This document shows, piece by piece, positions 37,861-49,300 of a DNA stretch of 64,000 bases. The position numbers and the translations under genes were made by a program. The DNA comes from Mobula hypostoma (lineage: Eukaryota): positions 44,144,001-44,208,000 of the forward strand of contig NC_086119.1 in assembly GCF_963921235.1 (NCBI RefSeq). Reading direction: 5' to 3'. The notes under the pieces were generated by a model that had not been told where the DNA came from, made no database searches, and saw nothing but the letters and a program-made list of their open reading frames with translations. Numbering within the stretch: the stretch's first letter is position 1; each line of letters opens with the position of its first letter.

Positions 37861-38919
37861 CCTGTCAATACATGCTTACACTCTCTGACCTTTTTCTCCT
37901 GTCAGCTTTCTCTCCCTGTTTCATTCTCAATATTATTGGCTTCATTACTCAAGTCCAATTTGGTTGGATGACACGTTTGTTTTGTTTTCCCTCAGTATTT
38001 AGAAACGGCCAAACAAGGGCAGGGGTTACCAACCTTAGTGCCAGTTGGCATTTTGGTCTCATTATCTCTTCTAGCCTCAATAAATATTTATAACAGTTTA
38101 ATGGTGACTCTACAAGAACTGGGTGGTACAGCAAAATTGAATTATTCCTCATGAGTCAAATGGAATTATAATTACAATTAAGCCTTAGCATTCTCAGAAC
38201 AAAGCTTGCGGAGATGGCAGTACGTGTTAGTGAACTGGTACAGCAGTAATGGGATTATGTATCTCACGGTGCTTTTGCCAATCTTTCTAAGCTTCAGCAC
38301 TTGTACATAACAATGTGTGAAATCCTTGGGAATTGAGGAGAAAACAGGCACACTCATTCTCACCAGGACCATGCGTCTAGTTAAAGAGAAGATTTTCATC
38401 GTCAACCTGGACCCAAGCCCCAGAAGATATCCTTTATCGAGGTCCACTGTGTCCCACCCAGTGTCCTTGGATAAATGGCTGCCTTAGTACCACAGCACTG
38501 TTTACACACATGTAGAATGTCAGCAGCTCTCCAATATCTCAAAATCAAAGCCGAGTTCATTGTCAGATGCACAAGTGCATGTATGCACAGATACAATGAA
38601 AAACTTCCTTGCAGCAACATCACAGATACATGGCACCATCCATAAGAAAAAGATAAATTCAACATAACTTATACATTTCGCAAGAAAGAACACAAACTAG
38701 AACAAAAAGAAAGTGCATTTTAGTGCAAAGTAACCAATGTGGTCATAGCATTGCTAAACTAATACCCTCAGGTCAATAGGCTCCTGAACTCCTTGCTACA
38801 TTGCATTCAAAGTGTCACCGGATGATTTGTACTGTACCCTACAATATTTAATTTATGCACTTATATTTATCGATGTGTAATTCAGTTGCAGGTTTAATTT
38901 TTACTTTCCTAAGTGTGTT

Positions 38920-39528
38920 ATATGGGGTGTTAGCTTTCATAAGTCGAGGGATAGAGTTTAAGAGTCGTGATGTAATGATGCAGCTCTATAAAACTCTGGT
39001 TAGGCCACACTTGGAGTACGGTGTCCAGTTCTGGTTGCCTCAGTATAGGGAGGATGTGGAAGCATTGCAAAGGGTACAGAGGAGATTTACCAGGATGCTG
39101 CCTGGTTTAGAGAGTATGGCTTATGATCAGAGATTAAGGGAGCTAGGGCTTTACTCTTTGGAGAGGAGGAGGATGAGAGGAGACATGATAGAGGCGTACA
39201 AGATAATAACAGGAATAGATAGAGTGGATAGCCAGTGCCTCTTCCCCAGGGCACCACTGCTCAATACAAGAGGACATGGCTTTAAGGTAAGGGGTGGGAA
39301 GTTCAAGGGGGAAGGTTTTTTACTCAGAGAGTGGTTGGTGCGTGGAATGCACTGCCTGAGTCAGTGGTGGAGGCAGATACACTAGTGAAGTTTAAGAGAC
39401 TAATAGACAGGTATATGGAGGAATTTAAGGTGGGGGGTTATATGGGAGGCAGGGTTTGAGGGTTGGCACAACATTGTGGGCTGAAGGGCCTGTAATGTGC
39501 TGTACTATTCTATGTTCTATGTTCTATA
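38920..39528 (+). mobile_element. Young CR1 3' fragment
   Basis: ORF 38855..39385 LYKTLVRPHLEYGVQFW..RRFTRMLPGL..MRGDMIE; (TTCTATG)n tail. Confidence 0.92.
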
Positions 39529-40122
39529 TATGTGTTATGTGTACCTACTGTGGTCCAGGGAGATGTTTGCTCGTTTGGTGGTATACATGCATATATTTAA
39601 ATGACAATAAACTTGACTTGACTGGTGTCCTGGTTGGTTCAAGAACTGAATGGTTGCAGGGTAGTAGCCGTTCCTGAACCCAGTGGTGAGGGACTTCAGG
39701 CTTCTGTACTTCCTGCCTGATGGTAGTCGTGAGATGACTGCATGAAGCAGGTGGTGGAGATCTTTGATGTTAGATGTTGTCTTCTCCAGGGAGCCTCTCA
39801 GTATTCCTACGGATGGCGAGGGAGGTGTGTCTGATGTATTCGGCTGAGTCTACAACTCTCTGATACTTATGTTTCTGCACATTCACAGTCACTATTCTGT
39901 AGATTCGCTGAGGATGCTCACAGGAAAATGAATCTTGGGGTTGTATATGGTGACAAACATGTACTTTGATACTTTGACCTTTGAACATTGCTGTACGAAT
40001 CAACGCTACCAAGATGATCGCTCTTTACATAGAAACCTACGAAGTTCCTGCAGCTGTTCAACTACAGACGGAATCACAACGGAGCTCAGTGCCCGGTGCC
40101 GGCAATATACAAAGGATGATGA

Positions 40123-40158
40123 AGTCCTGAGGAGGGGTCTCAGCCCGAAACGTCGACT
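40123..40158 (+). ncRNA. Minimal hammerhead ribozyme motif, intact core
   Basis: AGUC-CUGAGGA-GGGGUCUCAGCCC-GAAACGUC-GACU. Confidence 0.6.
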
Positions 40159-40449
40159 GTTTACTCTGTTCCATAGATGCTGCCTGACCCGCTGAGTGTC
40201 TCCAGCATTTTGTGTGTGTTGCTTTGGATCTCCAGCGTCTGCAGACTTTCTCGTGTTTTTGATACAAAGGATGTGATCTGGGAGAAGAATCAGTCTGATT
40301 ACCTCTCATTCCAGCCTGGGGACATGAATGTCATGTTTTAGCAATTATTTTCTTTAGGGGCCTGATTTTTAGAACATTTATTATTCTTTGTGAGCGATTA
40401 GAGAGCCTCGGCAGCATAGTGAAGCTGTCAAAAGCATGTGATTTAACTC

Positions 40450-41130
40450 CTTCCTCAACGCGACATTCTTTCCGTACGGCAGGACTTTCAGTGGCAGATT
40501 GAGAGGAGCGACACTTTTCAACCAGAATCGAGCTTCCGCCTTTGTTTGACATTCATTTCCTGTCCCAGCTGCTTCCCCAATGAATAATCCATAAGGCAGG
40601 CTGGCGAAGAAATAACAGGCAGCTGGAGGAGGCAGCGCCCTCCCCCAATCACTTTTCCTTTTGTTCGTCTATTCAGCAGAGCTGGGGAGTCAATCACGGC
40701 CTTTCCAGTGCCCCGTGAGCCCTCCTCTTTGAAGAATACTGGATGGACAAGAGCCTGTCTCTCGATCTGGTTGTCCCGCATTGAGGGCGTTTCAGTCTGG
40801 GGGTTGCTCCGGATTCATCCGGCTGACAGTGGCTCCTGCTGCATGCATAAATGGTGGTTTTCTTTTTGCAGAAGCCAGCATTGGACAGCTCCTGTCGGTC
40901 CGAATTCTGAATGACTGGCAAACGTGCCGTGCCTCGTTCCTCCAATCCTCATCGGAATGAAAAGGACGCAAGTGTGTCTGTGCAGCTCCATGTGACTGGG
41001 TGCTGTCAGCTTTCCCCCGTTTCTCTGCATCCGACAAGAGCAGCCAAAGGGAGAGGCAGGCGGTCTGCGGTGAAACAACAGCTCAGGCGCGGGCGTCAAC
41101 AATCGGCGTAGCGCGCCGAGGAGACAAACG
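40450..41130 (+). promoter_or_regulatory. CLIP2: CLIP2 promoter and probable non-coding exon 1 (donor ACG|gtgagg at 41130/41131)
   Basis: Repeat-free CpG-rich block; GT-AG 166-bp intron 41131-41296 with a strong polypyrimidine tract; transcription start not locatable. Confidence 0.6.
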
Positions 41131-41415
41131 GTGAGGATGCCGAATGAAAGGACCTCTCGACACTAAAACGGATCGCGCGTCGGAGATTCGGTGGGCTCCC
41201 GCCGTCTTCTCCAGTGGGGTCAGTTGGTTATTTACTGTGGCCGTGATGCATATTATTTCTCTCTCTCTCTCTGTCTCGCTATCTCTCAACAATTAGGTCC
41301 TGTAAGGATGAGGGGAGTGACGAGCGGGAGAGATGCGTGAAGCAGCCAGAGACAAACCCCAGTCCTCCTAGAGAACGAGCATTGCCTGCAGGAGAGAGAC
41401 CGAGACGCGACTGCA

Positions 41416-41518
41416 ATGAGCCTGCTGAAGCCAAGTGGGCTAAAAGCCCCCGGACGGGTCAACAAGCACTCCAGTCCAATGGGCCGAGGTACTGCAGCGG
41501 CAGCCGGTCCCAAAGAAG
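41416..41518 (+). CDS. CLIP2: CAP-Gly domain linker protein 2 (CLIP-115), first coding exon (MSLLKPSGLKAPGRVNKHSSPMGRGTAAAAGPKE)
   Basis: ATG in gcaATGa context; matches the recalled human CLIP2 N-terminus KPSGLKPPGRGGKHSSPMGR...KE|G; phase-1 donor GAAG|gtgaga; acceptor after a (CT)n tract at 41296. Confidence 0.88.
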
Positions 41519-42742
41519 GTGAGAGATCAGAGTATTAAGCATCATGCTTTAGGAGTCGCTGCCCTTGACAGAAACGAATGGTACCAGTGGCTGGCTTTGA
41601 AGCATAAGAGGGCGATTGTGTTTCTCTCGGTGGGCTCGGAGTTACGCAAAGCGCCTTCACACAAATTCTTTGTTTGCTTGTTCCCCGCTCCCCGCTCCCC
41701 GCACCCGTCTTGCGTCAAATCTGACGCCTACAAATGCACAATTCACGTTGAGCATGGAGATGGGACTGTGTCTGTCACCTGAGCACCCCAGCTAATACTG
41801 AGATTAACTTGCCTATCATGATCAGCTGAGTATCAGATGTTGTTTAATGATGCTGACTTCGGAGGTTTTGCTCTGTTCGAGATGCACTGTGAATACCAGC
41901 TAGTGTTGTTATCAGCAGCTGAACTAACCTGAGCATGCAGTGACAATTTTGTAATTTCCTAATCACTGTTTCCTTTGTTTACGATATCGTTTGAGAACAC
42001 AAGGTAAAGAGCCCTGACACCCCCCCCCGCCCCCAGTCAACCTGCAGGTGGGGTGTTCCGCCTGGCACTGGATGACGGGCAGATTTCATACAATGAAATG
42101 CTTGTAAAATTGACTAAATTAACTGCTTGAAATTTGGATTCGGCACCAGGATTCATAGGGATGCAGAATTTCAGTGGAATGATATAGATTAATAACGAAC
42201 AAAAGGTTTATTTCTCTTGCGGGACTTACCTGAACCACTGCACATACTGTCACCCCCTCCCTCCTGGAATATTGGTCCGCAATGTCCCTGCCACAGCTCA
42301 CCACTTGCGTCAATCTCCTTGTCAGCCCACCAAATTCACTCCTGTCTTGTGTGGGTGCCCCCAGGTATTTGTCAAGGGAGATGGCTCTGAGCTGACCGGC
42401 GTGGAGAACGTTCACATAGAGTCATGGAGGAAAAAGGCCCTTCAGTCCACCTAGTCTACACTAGCCATCAACCATCCAGTTACACTAATCCAATGCTTTA
42501 TTATCCCCAGAGCCTGCACACAAAGGGCTGATTAACCATAAGACATAGGATTAGAGTTAGGCCATTCAGTCCATCAAGTCTGCTGTGCCATTCGATCATG
42601 GCTGATTTATTATCCTTCTCAACCTCATTCTCTTGCCTTCTCCCCATAACCTTTGAGACTATGGGAAGAGACTAGTGAATTTGGAGGAAACCCACAGGGT
42701 CATAGAAAGAATGTGCAAACTCCACACAGACAGTATATGAGG

Positions 42743-42811
42743 CAGGGGTTCCCAACCATGGACCAACACTATGAAGCAAAGGATTCGTGGACCCTAGGTC
42801 AGGAACCCCCG
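42743..42811. mobile_element. Tiny hAT/Charlie-like MITE inserted in a V-SINE
   Basis: TIRs CAGGGGTTCCCAACC / GGTCAGGAACCCCCG. Confidence 0.55.
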
Positions 42812-42908
42812 GACCTGTGATCAGGATTGCGCCACCCTTCAAAAGCAAATTAAAAATGATTAAAATTTATATACAATTACATTTATGAAAATATGACAGG
42901 TTTTAATA

Positions 42909-43410
42909 CAGGTTGAGTACCTCTTATCCAAAATCTTTGACATTGGAAATGTTTCCGATTTTGGACTTTGGAATATACAATGAAATAGCTTGGGATCACT
43001 ATCATTTCTGACTCTGCTGAGGGTAAACAGTATTTGTCTTACACTTGTTCATCACACTTACATACTGATGCAGCCATTCAGTGTGTTAGATTTTCATCAG
43101 TGTCAATCTTGACAAACCCATCAATGAATTTCTCTGTTGCTTCGTGATCAGCAGATGCTTTATCACCACAAACCTTTAAAAAATTAATGACATGTCTCTT
43201 CTTAAATTTCTTCAACCAGCCTGCTGAATATTCACAATTACCTTTAATTTTCAGTTTGTTGTGATAGGTCTTTGCTTGTTTCATGATCCGCATATCATTC
43301 AGCAGAATCTGTTCACACCGACGCTGTTGAATCCACTCTTTCAATACAATATCAAGATCTTCCTTTTTCAGCTTTATGCATCATTTTTCTATTTTTCATT
43401 AACTTCTGTT
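42909..43410 (-). mobile_element. Tigger (pogo) transposon relic with CENP-B-type HTH
   Basis: TIR CAGGTTGAGTA after TA; ORF 43078..43344 EYSAGWLKKFKKRH..CGDKASAD. Confidence 0.85.
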
Positions 43411-43919
43411 CATTATATATGTGAGGTCACTTCTCAGAGCTGTCTGTAGTGCATAGAGGACCTGCACGTCACCTGGAACCCTCCCTGCACCTTGTGAAAT
43501 TTTCCATTTGTGATGGGCTTAAAAATAATTTCAGAGTATTGGATAAGAAATACTCTACCTGTAGTATGTTTAGTTATGAAATTTTGGATCAATATGTTTA
43601 CCCCAGTATAAAGGTTTCTATTAATCTCAAATATGACATTCAAGGTGACTATAACTATGGTTTTCATCTTTCTCAGTTTGCCTGAAGCCTTTGATTTGGT
43701 TGACCATCTTCTTCCATTATCTTTCCAACTCTTACCTGTCATTTATAGAAAGAGAATCAGCTGCCATACTTATTCCAGGCTACTTCTGGTGTCCTTCAAT
43801 GACCCTCTGATTTCTCGTCTGCATACTGCCCTTTCATATCAGGTTGCATTGTCAATATGCAGCTCCATCGCATCATCAGCCCCTTCAGTATCAGGCAGGT
43901 TGTAGTAGATAAGCAGGAA

Positions 43920-44280
43920 CACCCTCCAAGAAATTCCTCCTCATCTCCGTTTTAAAAGTACGTCCCATTATCTGAGAGTGTGCCCTTGGATCCTACTAGT
44001 GGAAACGTCATCTCCATATCCACTCCATCCAGACCTATCAGTATACAGTAGGTTTCAATAAGACCTCAATCTCCTTTGTCCTTCTGAACTCCATCAAGTA
44101 CAAGCCCAGAGACATTAAATGGGCTCCTCATTGGTTAAGCCTTTCATTCCCAGGGTCATTCTTGTGAACCTGCTCTGGATCTTCTCTAGGTTCAGCATAT
44201 TGCTCCTTAAGAACGGGGCACCAAGTTGTTCGCTATATTCCAAATGCACCCAGGATTTCTCATGATACTCCAAATGAGGT
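43920..44280 (-). mobile_element. CR1 fragment
   Basis: Minus-strand HLEY...RFTRMTLG pattern. Confidence 0.65.
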
Positions 44281-46049
44281 AGAAAAAGAACGCATTTCTT
44301 TGGGTCTCACTTATGAGCTGGTTTCCCAGCAGAAAAGTGCACCTGGGTGCTGCACTCGAGATGAGAAAGAACTTTGTAAGCAGGCAGCAGATAAGCTTGA
44401 ACAGCCTACCGGCTGTAATTGGGCTGGGTTTAGCCAGACTGGTTCCACATTCAGAAAACTGAGTTCAAATTCCCTCCAGGTACTTAAGCAGGTGGTCCTG
44501 CCTTGATAAGGTGCTGCGCTGACAGAGCTAGTGCCTCTCAGACGAGTCACTATTGTCCTCACAAGCCGGTGTGCAGCATCCCTCAGCAATATTCAAGAAA
44601 AAGAGATTTGTCTCCACTGCTCTAGTCAGTACATATCTCTCAACTCACATCACTAAGACCATGCAAATCTCAAAGACAGGAAAACCTGCAGATGCTGGAG
44701 GAACACAGCAGGTCAGGCAGCATCTATGGAAAAGAGTAAACAATCGACATTTTGGGCTGAGACCTTTCTTCACTAAGACTATCACATTCTTGTTTTTGGA
44801 AGCTTTCTGTGTGCAAATTGACTGCCCCTTGACAATAGTGACTACAGTAACCGACCAGAAATTGCTTTGGGACCGGAGAGATGTGTTACCAGCAGAGAGA
44901 GACCAGGGCAGAACTATGGGAAAGCTACCAGAGTTGGATAATTATTGTCTTGAGAAAAGATTGGCCAGGTTGGTGTTGCTTTCTTTACATGGAAGGGTAA
45001 GGGAGTTTTAATCACGTGGTGTTCAATTTTGGGAAATTGAAAATACCTATTTCCTTTGCAGGAGGATTTTAATGGAAAGGGTGTAGATTTATGAGATTAC
45101 GTAGTAGGATTAGAGGGGAGCTGAGAGAGTGTTGGAATTTGGAACTTGCTGTCTGAAACAATGAGAGAGGCAGAAGCCCTCATCACAATGGCTTGGATGA
45201 GCACCAGTTGGATTGTAATGTAAAGCACTCACACTAAGAAATGGGAAGTAACAGCCTTTATAGATACCATGGACACAATGGGCTGAAGGGCCTGCTTTGT
45301 ACATTAAATTTCAATGAGCCTATCATTTTGCTCGTTACCATTGCAATTGCTTGACGTCTGCCCATGGTTCACAAACAACTAGATACCATGTCCACGGTAG
45401 GTTGGCATTGAGGTGCAAGATTTTCTTTGTCTTCTGTTATACTAAAATCACTGAATTATTGGGCAGTATTGAGAGCTGTGCCGAGCCGGGCTTAAAACAA
45501 AGCATGTGAGAAGCTGAGATGTGTTATGAGGGGGAGGAGGGGTGCGATCCAACTCGTAATGCATCAGGTCATAGCTGTAGAGTCTCTGAGGCACGAAGTA
45601 GAACTTCCTTCCCGTTTGCTTCAGTGGAGGAGTGTCTGGGAGTTTTTTAAAATTTTGATGAATGACGTGGTGGACTGCACCATGACTGGATCTCACAATC
45701 GTAACTCGTACGAAAGCCAGATGTGTAAACATGGCCAGTATCACATCAAAAAATGAGACTCCCCAAAGGGATACTCAGTCAGACCATAGTAATACACACA
45801 AAATGCTCAGCAGGCCAGGAAAAGAGTATCGTCGACATTTTGGGCCAAAACCCTTTGGCAGGCCTGGCCTGCTGAGTTCCTCCAGCATTTTGTGTGTGTT
45901 GCTTGTGTTTCCAGCGTCTGCAGATTTTCTCTTGTTTGTGAGCAGACCATTGTACGTTTTGTTCATATGGAGTTACCATGATTCCTGTGGCAATGCTGAC
46001 ATAAATACAAGTTATCAATCATAAGAATGGCAGTCATTATGAGGATCTA

Positions 46050-46361
46050 AAGGTATCCGTTAGTTTTAGGAGACCATGGATCTGCGCCTGGAAAGTCTTC
46101 ACTCTCCAGGGCGCAGGCCTGGGCAAGGTTGTATGGAAGGCTAGCAGTTGCCCATGCTGCAAGTCTCCCCTCTCCACGCCACCGATGTTGTTCAAGGGAA
46201 GGGCGTTAGGACCCATACAGCTTGGCACCAGTGTCATCGCAGAACAATGTGTGATTAAGTGCCTTGCTCAAGGACACAACACGTTCCCTCGGCTGGGGCT
46301 CGAACTCACGACCTTCAGGTCGTTAGTCCAATGCCTTAACCACTTGGCCACGTGCCCACAG
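46050..46361 (-). mobile_element. tRNA/CORE-like SINE, copy D
   Basis: Perfect TSD TATGAGGATCTA at 46038-49 and 46362-73. Confidence 0.87.
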
Positions 46362-49300
46362 TATGAGGATCTAGGGGACTCCATTATCTTCCACAGTCAA
46401 CAGCTCTTTTTCCTCGTAGAAACAGCTGGAGTCACACTTTAACATGTATCTGTTTATATAATAATATTTTAAAATCAGTAAGTGTGCCTCACCTTTCCTG
46501 TCCTCACACTCCTCATTCACAGTCCCACAGAAATAACAAGGAAACTCTCAAGGCTATCAGCAGGTTCAATAACTTTTGGATGAACCTTGTCCAGAAATTC
46601 AATTGTGTAAAATTCCTCTTGTTTTCGGCTATGCAACTGAAGATTTTTTTTTTGTCTCTGGATTAAGATGTGATGACCTTTTCCATGACACTCCAGAAAC
46701 CTGGCCAGGCTGCCGTGGCCAGGTATCACCCTTGTGGCCCTGACCTGATTTCAGTGTCCCGTCACAGAGGTTCATGCCATTGTCTGTGTGAGTGACCCTT
46801 CAGAGAGTTGTGGGGTAACTTGGACTCTTGTCCTGGGACTGAGTGTCCACAGACACTCTTGGGACAACTGGAGCATCTGCCGAGCAGTGAATTAATTCAA
46901 CTTCACCCTCTGGGTCCCACACAACATTGCATTGATTTCTCTCCCACATCCTGATGTCCAGCCTGTTCCCCCCCCACCCCCAGACCCACCATCACTTGGC
47001 TCTGAGATCTCACCCCATATCTGATCTGCTGCCCTCACCTGTCCCAGGTTTTCTGTATCAATGAAACAACTGGTCCTAGTTGCTATTCATCTCAACCGCC
47101 CCTCCACATCTCCAATCCTATGGTCTTCTTCGAATCTGCCAGTCCCTGCTTTGCAACCCCTAGCCTAGCCAGACCCTGAACCAGGCGTCATTCAGTGCCG
47201 AAAACATGTAGCTCCTGGTTAGTTGCTGAGCCTTTGAGTGGAGGTCCTCCATGCATCATACTCAGAACCAGAACTTCTAGACCCAGTGCTTCCTTAACAA
47301 CAGTGAGTCTTGACACACTGTACGTTGTAGATTGGTGCCCATTCCATAGAACAATAAATCCTCTGACTTGATGAGAAAGTATTTTTAGCAAGTCCAATAA
47401 TTTATGCAGGATTCCTTTTGATCTGTAGTCTGTATAAATCAGTAGCAGTTATCAGATTTGCACACTTAGGTCACTTTCTTGCCGTTCATGGACAATATTG
47501 AGATATTCCCAGTTAATTCACTTCTGTATAAGCATGCTGAGCCATGTTCAACAGCATGATTCCAAACTGAGTTGAAGTGTACTTGATCGCATGTTCGCTC
47601 TGTAGCTCGGTGGCTAAACGCCCCAGTGGCAGAGCACTAGTTTGGGGACGGGGGTAGGGGGGTTACACTTTGCCTCTTTCTGCAGCTTTATTCCGGGACT
47701 GGCATCAGAATGATAACCTCAAGTCTTTGAAATGGGGTTTCCAAAAAGTAAATTCGTGAGGTTTTCCTGTTCATCCCAGCTTACCGTTCCCCTAAAATAA
47801 TCTCTAACCGTAATCATCTACTGTGGCACTGTGAGTCCAGGTCATGTTTAACCCAGCTTACTGTTTCCGTACAACGTCCCCTAAAACTAATCTCTAACTG
47901 CAATCAGCTGCTGTGGCACTGGAGGATGGATTGTGAAGATCCTGCAGGAGGAAGACTGGGTTGCAATTAGCAACTCTGTCTCCGACAAAGCTTTAATGTG
48001 ACTGACTACTATGATGCCTGTATTTTTTTTGAAAGTGTTTAACTGTGACCAACATCATAAGGTACAGTAATCATGGTGTTCTGGGTGGAGCCTCAGCAAG
48101 AGGCTACTGGAAGTCGAAACTGACCTCCACTGAGGAAGTGCCTACTCTGGGATGGGAAGTTAAAAAGGGCCAGTGCCTGTTTTTTTTTCTCCCCCAAGCA
48201 TTATTTCTAAGGACAAAGGGGGAATTAACTCCAGAGTTCTGGCTAATATTTATTCTTGAAACAGGTTCTGCAAACACATTGTATTTGCAGACGGTGGGGA
48301 CTTTCTGTGTACAAATTGACTGCTGAACTTTCTACAGCAGTGTCCAGGCTTCAGAACTACAGAGGCTGTAATACAGGCTGGGAAATCCTGAGGAATCGTA
48401 CCTCTTCCCCACCTCCCACGTTAACCCAAGGTCAAATCCAGGATTACAACCCAAAACATAGACCTTCTCCTTGCCTCTTGGAGGCTGCCTGACCCATTGG
48501 TTCCTCTAGCAGTTTGCTTTTGCTCTAGATGTCTAATGGGGAACTTGCTTAAATAGTATATCTTGTAGAGTTTCGCTATTATAAAGTCTTTATTCCTTTA
48601 CGTCTTCCTCTTTTTCTCTCTTTAAGCATCATACGTACCTCATCGACACATCCTTTGACTCTGTTCTTCCCTCATGCTTACTGAACTTCCCCTTAATTCC
48701 TCCTTCTCCTGCCCATTACACCACTGGCATTTAGGGCAGCAGTGAAGGTCCTCCATCTCTGACAACGTTCAGAGCTTCCTTCATCGGGTCAGTAGTTTCC
48801 TTCCCCTTAAGTGTCACACCAATAATTAACCCAATCATTAAATATACTCTGGGATGGGAAGTTATCCCATATCACGTTCTCACAACCTTAGAGGCAAAAC
48901 CATAATGAATTATAATATTGAACAATGGTCTGAACTAGGTGCTTAAAGTTCTCAATGCACTTAGTAGATGAGTACCAAGGAATTGTCTTTTCTTTGATAT
49001 GGAGAAATCAAAAGGCTATGCTCTTAATTTTTTATACGTAATCTGGAAGGTAAGTAAAAAAACACCTTTTAAAAAAATCGATAATAGAAATTTCAAAATT
49101 TCCTCTCTGGAAGTCTGTGGTTGGTGGGAGAAGGCCAACATCAGTTGGTCATTTAATCAAAGAGTATCAAAGGGTATGGTAATGTTTCAGGTACGTAGAA
49201 TTGAGGCACAGTGAAACACAAATGAAATGTTGGAGGAACACAGCAGGTCAGGCAGCATCTATGAAAAGGAACAAATAATTGACGTTCTGGGTTGAGACCC

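Noticed and set aside
43078-43344. Possible domesticated JRK/TIGD gene
   Set aside because: Truncated, lacks the DDE domain and adjoins a Tigger TIR, so it is a transposon relic
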